Shown one piece after another: positions 51,701 through 64,000 of a stretch of 64,000 nucleotides of DNA. Below the pieces are notes generated by a model. It worked only from the letters and a program-made list of their open reading frames with translations. It ran no database searches and was not told the origin of the DNA. The translations under genes and the position numbers were made by a program. Position 1 is the stretch's first letter. Every line of letters starts with the position of its first letter. Origin of the DNA: Eledone cirrhosa. Its lineage: Eukaryota. The stretch covers positions 246,760,001 to 246,824,000 of the forward strand of contig OZ024741.1 in the NCBI GenBank assembly GCA_964016885.1, written 5' to 3'.

Positions 51701-54700
51701 CCCTTGGACGGCTGGAAATTATATCTCCTTGGACGGCTAGAATTTACCTCTCCTTGGACGGCTGAAAATTATCTCCCCTTGGACGGCTGGAAATTATCTC
51801 CCCTTGATTTTTTTTACAAATTATCTCCCCCTGATTTTTTTTTACAAATTATCTCCCCCTGATTTTTTTTTACAAATTATTTCCGCCTGATTTTTTTTAC
51901 AAATTATCTCCGCCTGATTTTTTTAAATATTATCTCTCCTTGGCTGGCGGGAAATTATCTCCCCTTGGACGGCTGGAAATTATCTCCCCTTGGAAGGATG
52001 GAAATTATCTCCCCTTGGACGGCTGGAAATTATCTACCCCTGATTTTTTTTACAAATTATCTCCCCCTGATTTTTTTACAAATTATCTCCCCCTGATTTT
52101 TTTTACAAATTATCTCCGCCTGATTTTTTTAAATGTTATCTCTCCTTGGCTGGCGGGAAATTATCTCCCCTTGGACGGCTGGAAATTATCTCCCCTTGGA
52201 AGGATGGAAATCATCTCCCCTTGGACGGCTGAAAATTATCTACCCCTGATTTTTTTACAAATTATCTCCCCCTGATTTTTTTTACAAATTATCTCCCCCT
52301 GATTTTTTTTACAAATTATCTACCCCTGATTTTTTCTACAAATTATCTCCCCCTGATTTTTTTTACAAATTATCTCCCCCTGATTTTTTTTTTACAAATT
52401 ATCTCCCCCTGATTTTTTTACAAATTATCTCCCACTGATTTTTTTTTTACAAATTATCTCCCCCTGATTTTTTTACAAATTATCTCCCCTTGGCTGGCTG
52501 GAAATTTTCTCCCCTTGGAGGCTGGAACTTATCTCCCCTTGGACGGCTAGAAATTACCTCTCCTTGGACGGCTGGAAAATATGTCTCCTTGGACGGCTGG
52601 ATATTATCTCCCCTTGGACGGCTGGAAATTATCTCCCCTTGGACGGCTGGAAATTATCTCCCCTTGGATGGCTAGATATTACCTCCCCTTGGACGGCTGG
52701 AAATTATCTCCCCTTGATTTTTTTTACAAATTATCTCCCCCTGATTTTTTTTACAAATTATCTCCCCCTGATTTTTTTTTACAAATTATCTCCCCCTGAT
52801 TTTTGTTTACAAATTATCTCCGCCTGATTTTTTAAAAAAAATTATCTCCCCTTGGACGGCTGGAAATTATCTCCCCTTGGACGGCTAGAAATTACCTCCT
52901 TGGACGGCTGAAAATTATCTCCCCTTGGACGGCTGGAAATTATCTCCCCTTGATTTTTTTACAAATTATCTCCACCTGATTTTTTTTTTACAAATTATCT
53001 CCCCCTGATTTTTTTTTACAAATTATCTACCCCTGATTTTTTTTTACAAATTATCTCCCCCTGATTTTTTTTACAAATTATCTCCCCTGATTTTTTTTTA
53101 CAAATTATCTCCCCCTGATTTTTTTTACAAATTATCTCCGCCTGATTTTTTTAAATATTATCTCTCCTTGGCTGGCGGGAAATTATCTCCCCTTGGACGG
53201 CTGGAAATTATCTCCCCTTGGAAGGATGGAAATTATCTCCCCTTGGACGGCTGGAAATTATCTACCCCTGATTTTTTTTACAAATTATCTCCCCCTGATT
53301 TTTTTTACAAATTATCTCCCCCTGATTTTTTTTTACAAATTATCTACATCTGATTTTTTTACAAATTATCTCCCCTTGGCTGGCTGGAAATTATCTCCCC
53401 TTGGACGGCTAGAAATTACCTCTCCTTGGACGGCTGAAAATTATCTCCCCTTGGACGGCTGGAAATTATCTCCCCTTGATTTTTTTACAAATTATCTCCC
53501 CCTGATTTTTTTTTTACAAATTATCTCCCCCTGATTTTTTTTTACAAATTATCTACCCCTGATTTTTTTTTACAAATTATCTCCCCTTGATTTTTTTTAC
53601 AAATTATCTCCCCCTGATTTTTTTTTACAAATTATCTCCCCCTGATTTTTTTTTACAAATTATCTCCCCCTGATTTTTGTTTACAAATTATCTCCGCCTG
53701 ATTTTTTTAAAAAAATTATCTCCCCTTGGACGGCTGGAAATTATCTCCCCTTGGACGGCTAGAAATTACCTCTCCTTGGACGGCTGAAAATTATCTCCCC
53801 TTGGACGGCTGGAAATTATCTCCCCTTGATTTTTTTACAAATTATCTCCCCCTGATTTTTTTTTTACAAATTATCTCCCCCTGATTTTTTTTTACAAATT
53901 ATCTACCCCTGATTTTTTTTTACAAATTATCTCCCCCTGATTTTTTTTTACGAATTATCTCCCCCTGATTTTTTTTTACAAATTATCTCCCCCTGATTTT
54001 TTTAAATGTTATCTCTCCTTGGCTGGCGGGAAATTATCTCCCCTTGGACGGCTGGAAATTATCTCCCCTTGGAAGGATGGAAATTATCTCCCCTTGGACG
54101 GCTGAAAATTATCTACCCCTGATTTTTTTTACAAATTATCTCCCCCTGATTTTTTTACAAATTATCTCCGCCTGATTTTTTTAAATGTTATCTCTCCTTG
54201 GCTGGCGGGAAATTATCTCCCCTTGGACGGCTGGAAATTATCTCCCCTTGGAAGGATGAAAATTATCTCCCCTTGGACGGCTGAAAATTATCTACCCCTG
54301 ATTTTTTTTACAAATTATCTCCCCCTGATTTTTTTTACAAATTATCCCCCCCTGATTTTTTTTACAAATGATCTACCCCTGATTTTTTTTACAAATTATC
54401 TCCCCCTGATTTTTTTTACAAATTATCTCCCCCTGATTTTTTTTTACAAATTATCTCCCCCTGATTTTTTTTTACAAATTATCTCCCCCTGATTTTTTTA
54501 CAAATTATCTCCCCCTGATTTTTTTTACAATCTCCGCCTGATTTTTTAAAAAATTATCTTCCCTTGGCTGGCGGGAAATTATCTCCCCTTGGACGGCTGG
54601 AAATTATCTCCCCTTGGAAGGATGGAAATTATCTCCCCTTGGACGGCTGGAAATTATCTCCCCTTGCACGGCTGGAAATTATAGCCCCTTGGAGGGCTGG

Positions 54701-57700
54701 AAATTATCTCCCCTTGATATTTTTTACAAATTATCTCCCCCTGATTTTTTTTTCAAATTATCTCCCCCTGATTTTTTTTACAAATTATCTCCCCCCTGAT
54801 TTTTTTACAAATTATCTCCCCTTGGCTGGCTGGAAATTATCTCCCCTTGGAGGCTGGAACTTATCTCCCCTTGGACGGCTAGAAATTACCTCTCCTTGGA
54901 CGGCTGGAAAATATGTCTCCTTGGACGGCTGGATATTATCTCCCCTTGGACGGCTGGAAATTATCTCCCCTTGGACGGCTGGAAATTATCTCCCCTTGGA
55001 TGGCTAGATATTACCTCCCCTTGGACGGCTGGAAATTATCTCCCCTTGATTTTTTTTACAAATTATCTCCCCCTGATTTTTTTTTACAAATTATCTCCCC
55101 CTGATTTTTTTTTAAAAATTATCTCCCCCTGATTTTTGTTTACAAATTATCTCCGCCTGATTTTTTTTAAAAAATTATCTCCCCTTGGACGGCAGGAAAT
55201 TATCTCCCCTTGGACGGCTGGAAATTATATCTCCTTGGACGGCTAGAATTTACCTCTCCTTGGACGGCTGAAAATTATCTCCCCTTGGACGGCTGGAAAT
55301 TATCTCCCCTTGATTTTTTTTACAAATTATCTCCCCCTGATTTTTTTTTACAAATTATCTCCCCCTGATTTTTTTTTACAAATTATCTCCCCCTGATTTT
55401 TTTTTACAAATTATCTCCCCCTAATTTTTTTACAAATTATCCCCCCTTGGCTGGCTGGAAATTATCTCCCCTTGGAGGCTGGAACTTATCTCCCCTTGGA
55501 CGGCTAGAAATTACGTCTCCTTGGACGGCTGGAAAATATGTCTCCTTGGACGGCTGGATATTATCTCCCCTTGGACGGCTGGAAATTATCTCCCCTTGGA
55601 CGGCTGGAAATTATCTCCCCTTGGATGGCTAGATATTACCTCCCCTTGGACGGCTGGAAATTATCTCCCCTTGATTTTTTTTACAAATTATCTCCCCCTG
55701 ATTTTTTTTACAAATTATCTCCCCCTGATTTTTTTTTACAAATTATCTCCCCCTGATTTTTGTTTACAAATTATCTCCGCCTGATTTTTTTAAAAAAATT
55801 ATCTCCCCTTGGACGGCTGGAAATTATCTCCCCTTGGACGGCTAGAAATTACCTCTCCTTGGACGGCTGAAAATTATCTCCCCTTGGACGGCTGGAAATT
55901 ATCTCCCCTTGATTTTTTTACAAATTATCTCCCCCTGATTTTTTTTTACAAATTATCTCCCCCTGATTTTTTTTTACAAATTATCTACCCCTGATTTTTT
56001 TTTACAAATTATCTCCCCCTGATTTTTTTTACAAATTATCTCCCCCTGATTTTTTTTTACAAATTATCTCCCCCTGATTTTTTTACAAATTATCTCCCCC
56101 TGATTTTTTTTACAAATTATCTCCGCCTGATTTTTTTAAATATTATCTCTCCTTGGCTGGCGGGAAATTATCTCCCCTTGGACGGCTGGAAATTATCTCC
56201 CCTTGGAAGGATGGAAATTATCTCCCCTTGGACGGCTGGAAATTATCTACCCCTGATTTTTTTTACAAATTATCTCCCCCTGATTTTTTTACAAATTATC
56301 TCCCCCTGATTTTTTTTACAAATTATCTCCGCCTGATTTTTTTAAATGTTATCTCTCCTTGGCTGGCGGGAAATTATCTCCCCTTGGAGGCTGGAACTTA
56401 TCTCCCCTTGGACGGCTAGAAATTACCTCTCCTTGGACGGCTGGAAAATATGTCTCCTTGGACGGCTGGATATTATCTCCCCTTGGACGGCTGGAAATTA
56501 TCTCCCCTTGGACGGCTGGAAATTATCTCCCCTTGGATGGCTAGATATTACCTCCCCTTGGACGGCTGGAAATTATCTCCCCTTGATTTTTTTTACAAAT
56601 TATCTCCCCCTGATTTTTTTTTACAAATTATCTCCCCCTGATTTTTTTTTACAAATTATCTCCCCCTGATTTTTGTTTACAAATTATCTCCGCCTGATTT
56701 TTTTAAAAAAATTATCTCCCCTTGGACGGCTGGAAATTATCTCCCCTTGGACGGCTAGAAATTACCTCTCCTTGGACGGCTGAAAATTATCTCCCCTTGG
56801 ACGGCTGGAAATTATCTCCCCTTGATTTTTTTACAAATTATCTCCCCCTGATTTTTTTTTTACAAATTATCTCCCCCTGATTTTTTTTTACAAATTATCT
56901 ACCCCTGATTTTTTTTACAAATTATCTCCCCCTGATTTTTTTTACAAATTATCTCCCCCTGATTTTTTTTTACAAATTATCTCCCCCTGATTTTTTTACA
57001 AATTATCTCCCCCTGATTTTTTTTACAAATTATCTCCGCCTGATTTTTTTAAATATTATCTCTCCTTGGCTGGCGGGAAATTATCTCCCCTTGGACGGCT
57101 GGAAATTATCTCCCCTTGGAAGGATGGAAATTATCTCCCCTTGGACGGCTGGAAATTATCTACCCCTGATTTTTTTTACAAATTATCTCCCCCTGATTTT
57201 TTTACAAATTATCTCCCCCTGATTTTTTTTAGAAATTATCTCCGCCTGATTTTTTTAAATGTTATCTCTCCTTGGCTGGCGGGAAATTATCTCCCCTTGG
57301 ACGGCTGGAAATTATCTCCCCTTGGAAGGATGGAAATTATCTCCCCTTGGACGGCTGAAAATTATCTACCCCTGATTTTTTTTACAAATTATCTCCCCCT
57401 GATTTTTTTTACAAATTATCTCCCCCTGATTTTTTTTACAAATTATCTACCCCTGATTTTTTCTACAAATTATCTCCCCCTGATTTTTTTTACAAATTAT
57501 CTCCCCCTGATTTTTTTTTTACAAATTATCTCCCCCTGATTTTTTTACAAATTATCTCCCCCTGATTTTTTTTACAAATTATCTCCCCCTGATTTTTTTA
57601 CAAATTATCTCCCCTTGGCTGGCTGGAAATTATCTCCCCTTGGAGGCTGGAACTTATCTCCCCTTGGACGGCTAGAAATTACCTCTCCTTGGACGGCTGG

Positions 57701-60700
57701 AAAATATGTCTCCTTGGACGGCTGGATATTATCTCCCCTTGGACGGCTGGAAATTATCTCCCCTTGGACGGCTGGAAATTATCTCCCCTTGGATGGCTAG
57801 ATATTACCTCACCTTGGACGGCTGGAAATTATCTCCCCTTGATTTTTTTTACAAATTATCTCCCCCTGATTTTTTTTTACAAATTATCTCCCCCTGATTT
57901 TTTTTTACAAATTATCTCCCCCTGATTTTTGTTTACAAATTATCTCCGCCTGATTTTTTTAAAAAAATTATCTCCCCTTGGACGGCTGGAAATTATCTCC
58001 CCTTGGACGGCTAGAAATTACCTTCTTGGACGGCTGAAAATTATCTCCCCTTGGACGGCTGGAAATTATCTCCCCTTGATTTTTTTACAAATTATCTCCC
58101 CCTGATTTTTTTTTTACAAATTATCTCCCCCTGATTTTTTTTACAAATTATCTACCCCTGATTTTTTTTTACAAATTATCTCCCCCTGATTTTTTTTACA
58201 AATTATCTCCCCTGATTTTTTTTTACAAATTATCTCCTCCTGATTTTTTTACAAATTATCTCCCCCTGATTTTTTTTACAAATTATCTCCGCCTGATTTT
58301 TTTAAATATTATCTCTCCTTGGCTGGCGGGAAATTATCTCCCCTTGGACGGCTGGAAATTATCTCCCCTTGGAAGGATGGAAATTATCTCCCCTTGGACG
58401 GCTGGAAATTATCTACCCGATTTTTTTTACAAATTATCTCCCCCTGATTTTTTTACAAATTATCTCCCCCTGATTTTTTTTACAAATTATCTCCGCCTGA
58501 TTTTTTTAAATGTTATCTCTCCTTGGCTGGCGGGAAATTATCTCCCCTTGGACGGCTGGAAATTATCTCCCCTTGGAAGGATGGAAATTATCTCCCCTTG
58601 GACGGCTGGAAATTATGTACCCCTGATTTTTTTTACAAATTAACTCCCCCTGATTTTTTTTACAAATTATCTCCCCCTGATTTTTTTTTACAAATTATCT
58701 ACCCCTGATTTTTTTACAAATTATCTCCCCTTGGCTGGCTGGAAATTATCTCCCCTTGGACGGCTAGAAATTACCTCTCCTTGGACGGCTGAAAATTATC
58801 TCCCCTTGGACGGCTGGAAATTATCTCCCCTTGATTTTTTTACAAATTATCTCCCCCTGATTTTTTTTTACAAATTATCTCCCCCTGATTTTTTTTTACA
58901 AATTATCTACCCCTGATTTTTTTTTACAAATTATCTCCCCCTGATTTTTTTTACAAATTATCTCCCCCTGATTTTTTTTTACAAATTATCTCCCCCTGAT
59001 TTTTTTACAAATTATCTCCCTCTGATTTTTTTACAAATTATCTCCGCCTGATTTTTTTAAATATTATCTCTCCTTGGCTGGCGGGAAATTATCTCCCCTT
59101 GGACGGCTGGAAATTATCTCCCCTTGGAAGGATGGAAATTATCTCCCCTTGGACGGCTGGAAATTATCTACCCCTGATTTTTTTTACAAATTATCTCCCC
59201 CTGATTTTTTTACAAATTATCTCCCCCTGATTTTTTTTACAAATTATCTCCGCCTGATTTTTTTAAATGTTATCTCTCCTTGGCTGGCGGGAAATTATCT
59301 CCCCTTGGACGGCTGGAAATTATCTCCCCTTGGAAGGATGGAAATTATCTCCCCTTGGACGGCTGAAAATTATCTACCCCTGATTTTTTTTACAAATTAT
59401 CTCCCCCTGATTTTTTTTACAAATTATCTCCCCCTGATTTTTTTTACAAATTATCTACCCCTGATTTTTTTTACAAATTATCTCCCCCTGATTTTTTTTA
59501 CAAATTATCTCCCCCTGATTTTTTTTTTACAAATTATCTCCCCCTGATTTTTTTTTACAAATTATCTCCCCCTGATTTTTTTTTACAAATTATCTCCCCC
59601 TAATTTTTTTTTACAAATTATCTCCCCCTAATTTTTTTACAAATTATCTCCCCTTGGCTGGCTGGAAATTATCTCCCCTTGGAGGCTGGAACTTATCTCC
59701 CCTTGGACGGCTAGAAATTACGTCTCCTTGGACGGCTGGAAAATATGTCTCCTTGGACGGCTGGATATTATCTCCCCTTGGACGGCTGGAAATTATCTCC
59801 CCTTGGACGGCTTGAAATTATCTCCCCTTGGATGGCTAGATATTACCTCCCCTTGGACGGCTGGAAATTATCTCCCCTTGATTTTTTTTACAAATTATCT
59901 CCCCCTGATTTTTTTTTACAAATTATCTCCCCCTGATTTTTTTTTACAAATTATCTCCCCCTGATTTTTGTTTACAAATTATCTCCGCCTGATTTTTTTA
60001 AAAAAATTATCTCCCCTTGGACGGCTGGAAATTATCTCCCCTTGGACGGCTAGAAATTACCTCTCCTTGGACGGCTGAAAATTATCTCCCCTTGGACGGC
60101 TGGAAATTATCTCCCCTTGATTTTTTTACAAATTATCTCCCCCTGATTTTTTTTTACAAATTATCTCCCCCTGATTTTTTTTTACAAATTATCTACCCCT
60201 GATTTTTTTTTACAAATTATCTCCCCCTGATTTTTTTTACAAATTATCTCCCCCTGATTTTTTTTTACAAATTATCTCCCCCTGATTTTTTTACAAATTA
60301 TCTCCCTCTGATTTTTTTACAAATTATCTCCGCCTGATTTTTTTAAATATTATCTCTCCTTGGCTGGCGGGAAATTATCTCCCCTTGGACGGCTGGAAAT
60401 TATCTCCCCTTGGAAGGATGGAAATTATCTCCCCTTGGACGGCTGGAAATTATCTACCCCTGATTTTTTTTACAAATTATCTCCCCCTGATTTTTTTACA
60501 AATTATCTCCCCCTGATTTTTTTTACAAATTATCTCCGCCTGATTTTTTTAAATGTTATCTCTCCTTGGCTGGCGGGAAATTATCTCCCCTTGGACGGCT
60601 GGAAATTATCTCCCCTTGGAAGGATGGAAATTATCTCCCCTTGGACGGCTGAAAATTATCTACCCCTGATTTTTTTTACAAATTATCTCCCCCTGATTTT

Positions 60701-63700
60701 TTTTACAAATTATCTCCCCCTGATTTTTTTTACAAATTATCTACCCCTGATTTTTTTTACAAATTATCTCCCCCTGATTTTTTTTACAAATTATCTCCCC
60801 CTGATTTTTTTTTTACAAATTATCTCCCCCTGATTTTTTTACAAATTATCTCCCCCTGATTTTTTTTTTACAAATTATCTCCCCCTGATTTTTTTACAAA
60901 TTATCTCCCCTTGGCTGGCTGGAAATTATCTCCCCTTGGAGGCTGGAACTTATCTCCCCTTGGACGGCTAGAAATTACCTCTCCTTGGACGGCTGGAAAA
61001 TATGTCTCCTTGGACGGCTGGATATTATCTCCCCTTGGACGGCTGGAAATTATCTCCCCTTGGACGGCTGGAAACTATCTCCCCTTGGATGGCTAGATAT
61101 TACCTCCCCTTGGACGGCTGGAAATTATCTCCCCTTGATTTTTTTACAAATTATCTCCCCCTGATTTTTTTTTACAAATTATCTCCCCCTGATTTTTTTT
61201 TACAAATTATCTCCCCCTGATTTTTGTTTACAAATTATCTCCGCCTGATTTTTTTAAAAAAATTATCTCCCCTTGGACGGCTGGAAATTATCTCCCCTTG
61301 GACGGCTAGAAATTACCTCTCCTTGGACGGCTGAAAATTATCTCCCCTTGGACGGCTGGAAATTATCTCCCCTTGATTTTTTTACAAATTATCTCCCCCT
61401 GATTTTTTTTTTACAAATTATCTACCCCTGATTTTTTTTACAAATTATCTCCCCCTGATTTTTTTTACAAATTATCTCCCCCTGATTTTTTTTTACAAAT
61501 TATCTCCCCCTGATTTTTTTACAAATTATCTCCCCCTGATTTTTTTTACAAATTATCTCCGCCTGATTTTTTTAAATATTATCTCTCCTTGGCTGGCGGG
61601 AAATTATCTCCCCTTGGACGGCTGGAAATTATCTCCCCTTGGAAGGATGGAAATTATCTCCCCTTGGACGGCTGGAAATTATCTACCCCTGATTTTTTTT
61701 ACAAATTATCTCCCCCTGATTTTTTTACAAATTATCTCCCCCTGATTTTTTTTACAAATTATCTCCGCCTGATTTTTTTAAATGTTATCTCTCCTTGGCT
61801 GGCGGGAAATTATCTCCCCTTGGACGGCTGGAAATTATCTCCCCTTGGAAGGATGGAAATTATCTCCCCTTGGACGGCTGAAAATTATCTACCCCTGATT
61901 TTTTTTACAAATTATCTCCCCCTGATTTTTTTTACAAATTATCTCCCCCTGATTTTTTTTACAAATTATCTACCCCTGATTTTTTCTACAAATTATCTCC
62001 CCCTGATTTTTTTTACAAATTATCTCCCCCTGATTTTTTTTTTACAAATTATCTCCCCCTGATTTTTTTTTACAAATTATCTACCCCTGATTTTTTTTTA
62101 CAAATTATCTACCCCTGATTTTTTTTTACAAATTATCTCCCCCTGATTTTTTTTACAAATTATCTCCCCCTGATTTTTTTTACAAATTATCTACATCTGA
62201 TTTTTTTACAAATTATCTCCCCTTGGCTGGCTGGAAATTATCTCCCCTTGGACGGCTAGAAATTACCTCTCCTTGGACGGCTGAAAATTATCTCCCCTTG
62301 GACGGCTGGAAATTATCTCCCCTTGATTTTTTTACAAATTATCTCCCCCTGATTTTTTTTTTACAAATTATCTCCCCCTGATTTTTTTTTACAAATTATC
62401 TACCCCTGATTTTTTTTTACAAATTATCTCCCCTTGATTTTTTTTACAAATTTTCTCCCCCTGATTTTTTTTTACAAATTATCTCCCCCTGATTTTTTTT
62501 TACAAATTATCTCCCCCTGATTTTTGTTTACAAATTATCTACCCCTGATTTTTTTTTACAAATTATCTCCCCCTGATTTTTTTAAATGTTATCTCTCCTT
62601 GGCTGGCGGGAAATTATCTCCCCTTGGACGGCTGGAAATTATCTCCCCTTGGAAGGATGGAAATTATCTCCCCTTGGACGGCTGAAAATTATCTACCCCT
62701 GATTTTTTTTACAAATTATCTCCCCCTGATTTTTTTACAAATTATCTCCGCCTGATTTTTTTAAATGTTATCTCTCCTTGGCTGGCGGGAAATTATCTCC
62801 CCTTGGACGGCTGAAAATTATCTACCCCTGATTTTTTTTACAAATTATCTCCCCCTGATTTTTTTTACAAATTATCTCCCCCTGATTTTTTTTACAAATT
62901 ATCTACCCCTGATTTTTTTTACAAATTATCTCCCCCTGATTTTTTTTACAAATTATCTCCCCCTGATTTTTTTTTACAAATTATCTCCCCCTGATTTTTT
63001 TTTACAAATTATCTCCCCCTGATTTTTTTACAAATTATCTCCCCCTGATTTTTTTACAATCTCCGCCTGATTTTTTAAAAAATTATCTTCCCTTGGCTGG
63101 CGGGAAATTATCTCCCCTTGGACGGCTGGAAATTATCTCCCCTTGGAAGGATGGAAATTATCTCCGCTTGGACGGCTGGAAATTATCTCCCCTTGCACGG
63201 CTGGAAATTATAGCCCCTTGGAGGGCTGGAAATTATCTCCCCTTGATATTTTTTACAAATTATCTCCCCCTGATTTTTTTTTCAAATTATCTCCCCCTGA
63301 TTTTTTTTACAAATTATCTCCCCCCTGATTTTTTTACAAATTATCTCCCCTTGGCTGGCTGGAAATTATCTCCCCTTGGAGGCTGGAACTTATCTCCCCT
63401 TGGACGGCTAGAAATTACCTCTCCTTGGACGGCTGGAAAATATGTCTCCTTGGACGGCTGGATATTATCTCCCCTTGGACGGCTGGAAATTATCTCCCCT
63501 TGGACGGCTGGAAATTATCTCCCCTTGGATGGCTAGATATTACCTCCCCTTGGACGGCTGGAAATTATCTCCCCTTGATTTTTTTTACAAATTATCTCCC
63601 CCTGATTTTTTTTTAAAAATTATCTCCCCCTGATTTTTGTTTACAAATTATCTCCGCCTGATTTTTTTTTAAAAATTATCTCCCCTTGGACGGCTGGAAA

Positions 63701-64000
63701 TTATCTCCCCTTGGACGGCTGGAAATTATATCTCCTTGGACGGCTAGAATTTACCTCTCCTTGGACGGCTGAAAATTATCTCCCCTTGGACGGCTGGAAA
63801 TTATCTCCCCTTGATTTTTTTTACAAATTATCTCCCCCTGATTTTTTTTTACAAATTATCTCCCCCTGATTTTTTTTTACAAATTATCTCCCCCTGATTT
63901 TTTTTTACAAATTATCTCCGCCTGATTTTTTTTACAAATTATCTCCGCCTGATTTTTTTAAATATTATCTCTCCTTGGCTGGCGGGAAATTATCTCCCCT
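30781..64000 (+). repeat. Tandem duplication of a 20,440-bp unit: 30781-51220, with a second copy from 51221 running off the window end
   Basis: Offset 20,440 (30923/51363, 31500/51940, 32050/52490), then 20,414 after loss of one 26-bp monomer (32754/53168 through 43028/63442). Many private variants are shared. Confidence 0.93.
40336..44170 (+). repeat. Copy of window segment ~1-3890 (further partial copy from ~60750)
   Basis: Offset 40,335/40,334 (162/40497, 841/41175), then 40,284 after a 50-bp two-monomer deletion (2395/42679, 3277/43561). Shares AAACTATC, ACAAATTTTCTCC and CTCCGCTTGG. Confidence 0.88.

Larger units (their letters stand above)
1..64000 (+). repeat. Composite satellite-type tandem array of 25-bp (A) and 26-29-bp (B) monomers, open at both window ends
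   Basis: Every line parses into AAATTATCTCCCCTTGGACGGCTGG or AAATTATCTCCCCCTGA(T)7-10AC monomers or close variants, head-to-tail. I found no unique sequence and no inverted monomer. Confidence 0.99.

Noticed and set aside
162-63633. All ORFs in the supplied track (61-217 aa; e.g. 17054-17653, 50821-51474)
   Set aside because: They are translations of the monomers (NYLPLIFFT, KLSPLGRLEIISPW). Most start at TTG inside repeats and overlap in several frames. The 25-bp monomer and variable T tracts shift frame constantly. There is no recognisable domain or sign of frame preservation.
1-64000. CRISPR-like repeat/spacer reading of core plus tail
   Set aside because: The constant part is only ~13-16 bp, and the intervening parts are ~10-13 bp and of two recurring kinds rather than unique spacers. 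There is no leader and no cas gene.
1-64000. Canonical G-quadruplex array on the minus strand
   Set aside because: G4-5 runs are separated by ~21-24 nt, well beyond canonical loop lengths, so it is not supportable without experiments.
1-64000. Whole array being a sequencing or low-complexity artefact
   Set aside because: The hierarchical, consistently inherited variants and constant offsets are not what random base-calling error produces. Only the copy number of the largest duplications remains in doubt.

Overview
The whole 64 kb window is one uninterrupted, single-orientation, non-coding tandem (satellite-type) array. It uses two monomer families that share a 13-bp core, AAATTATCTCCCC. Type A is 25 bp (AAATTATCTCCCCTTGGACGGCTGG). 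Type B is 26-29 bp (AAATTATCTCCCCCTGA-T7..T10-AC). Runs of A monomers form a few fixed-order variant blocks (named X, Y, Z, W and V here) separated by B runs. The blocks form recurring ~0.6-3.5 kb higher-order units, which were amplified as nested segmental duplications with offsets of 1,286, 1,590, 1,901, 5,795, ~15,520, ~15,800, 20,440/20,414, 29,689/30,013 and ~40,300 bp. Several breakpoints are readable as chimeric blocks. All supplied ORFs are translations of the repeat. I see no credible gene, RNA gene, transposase or CRISPR array, and no new protein-based system. The interest lies in the array architecture, which best fits a recently expanded eukaryotic heterochromatic satellite (inference). 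Host organism and function cannot be determined from the sequence alone. Alignments were done by eye, so breakpoints are approximate and difference lists are not exhaustive.
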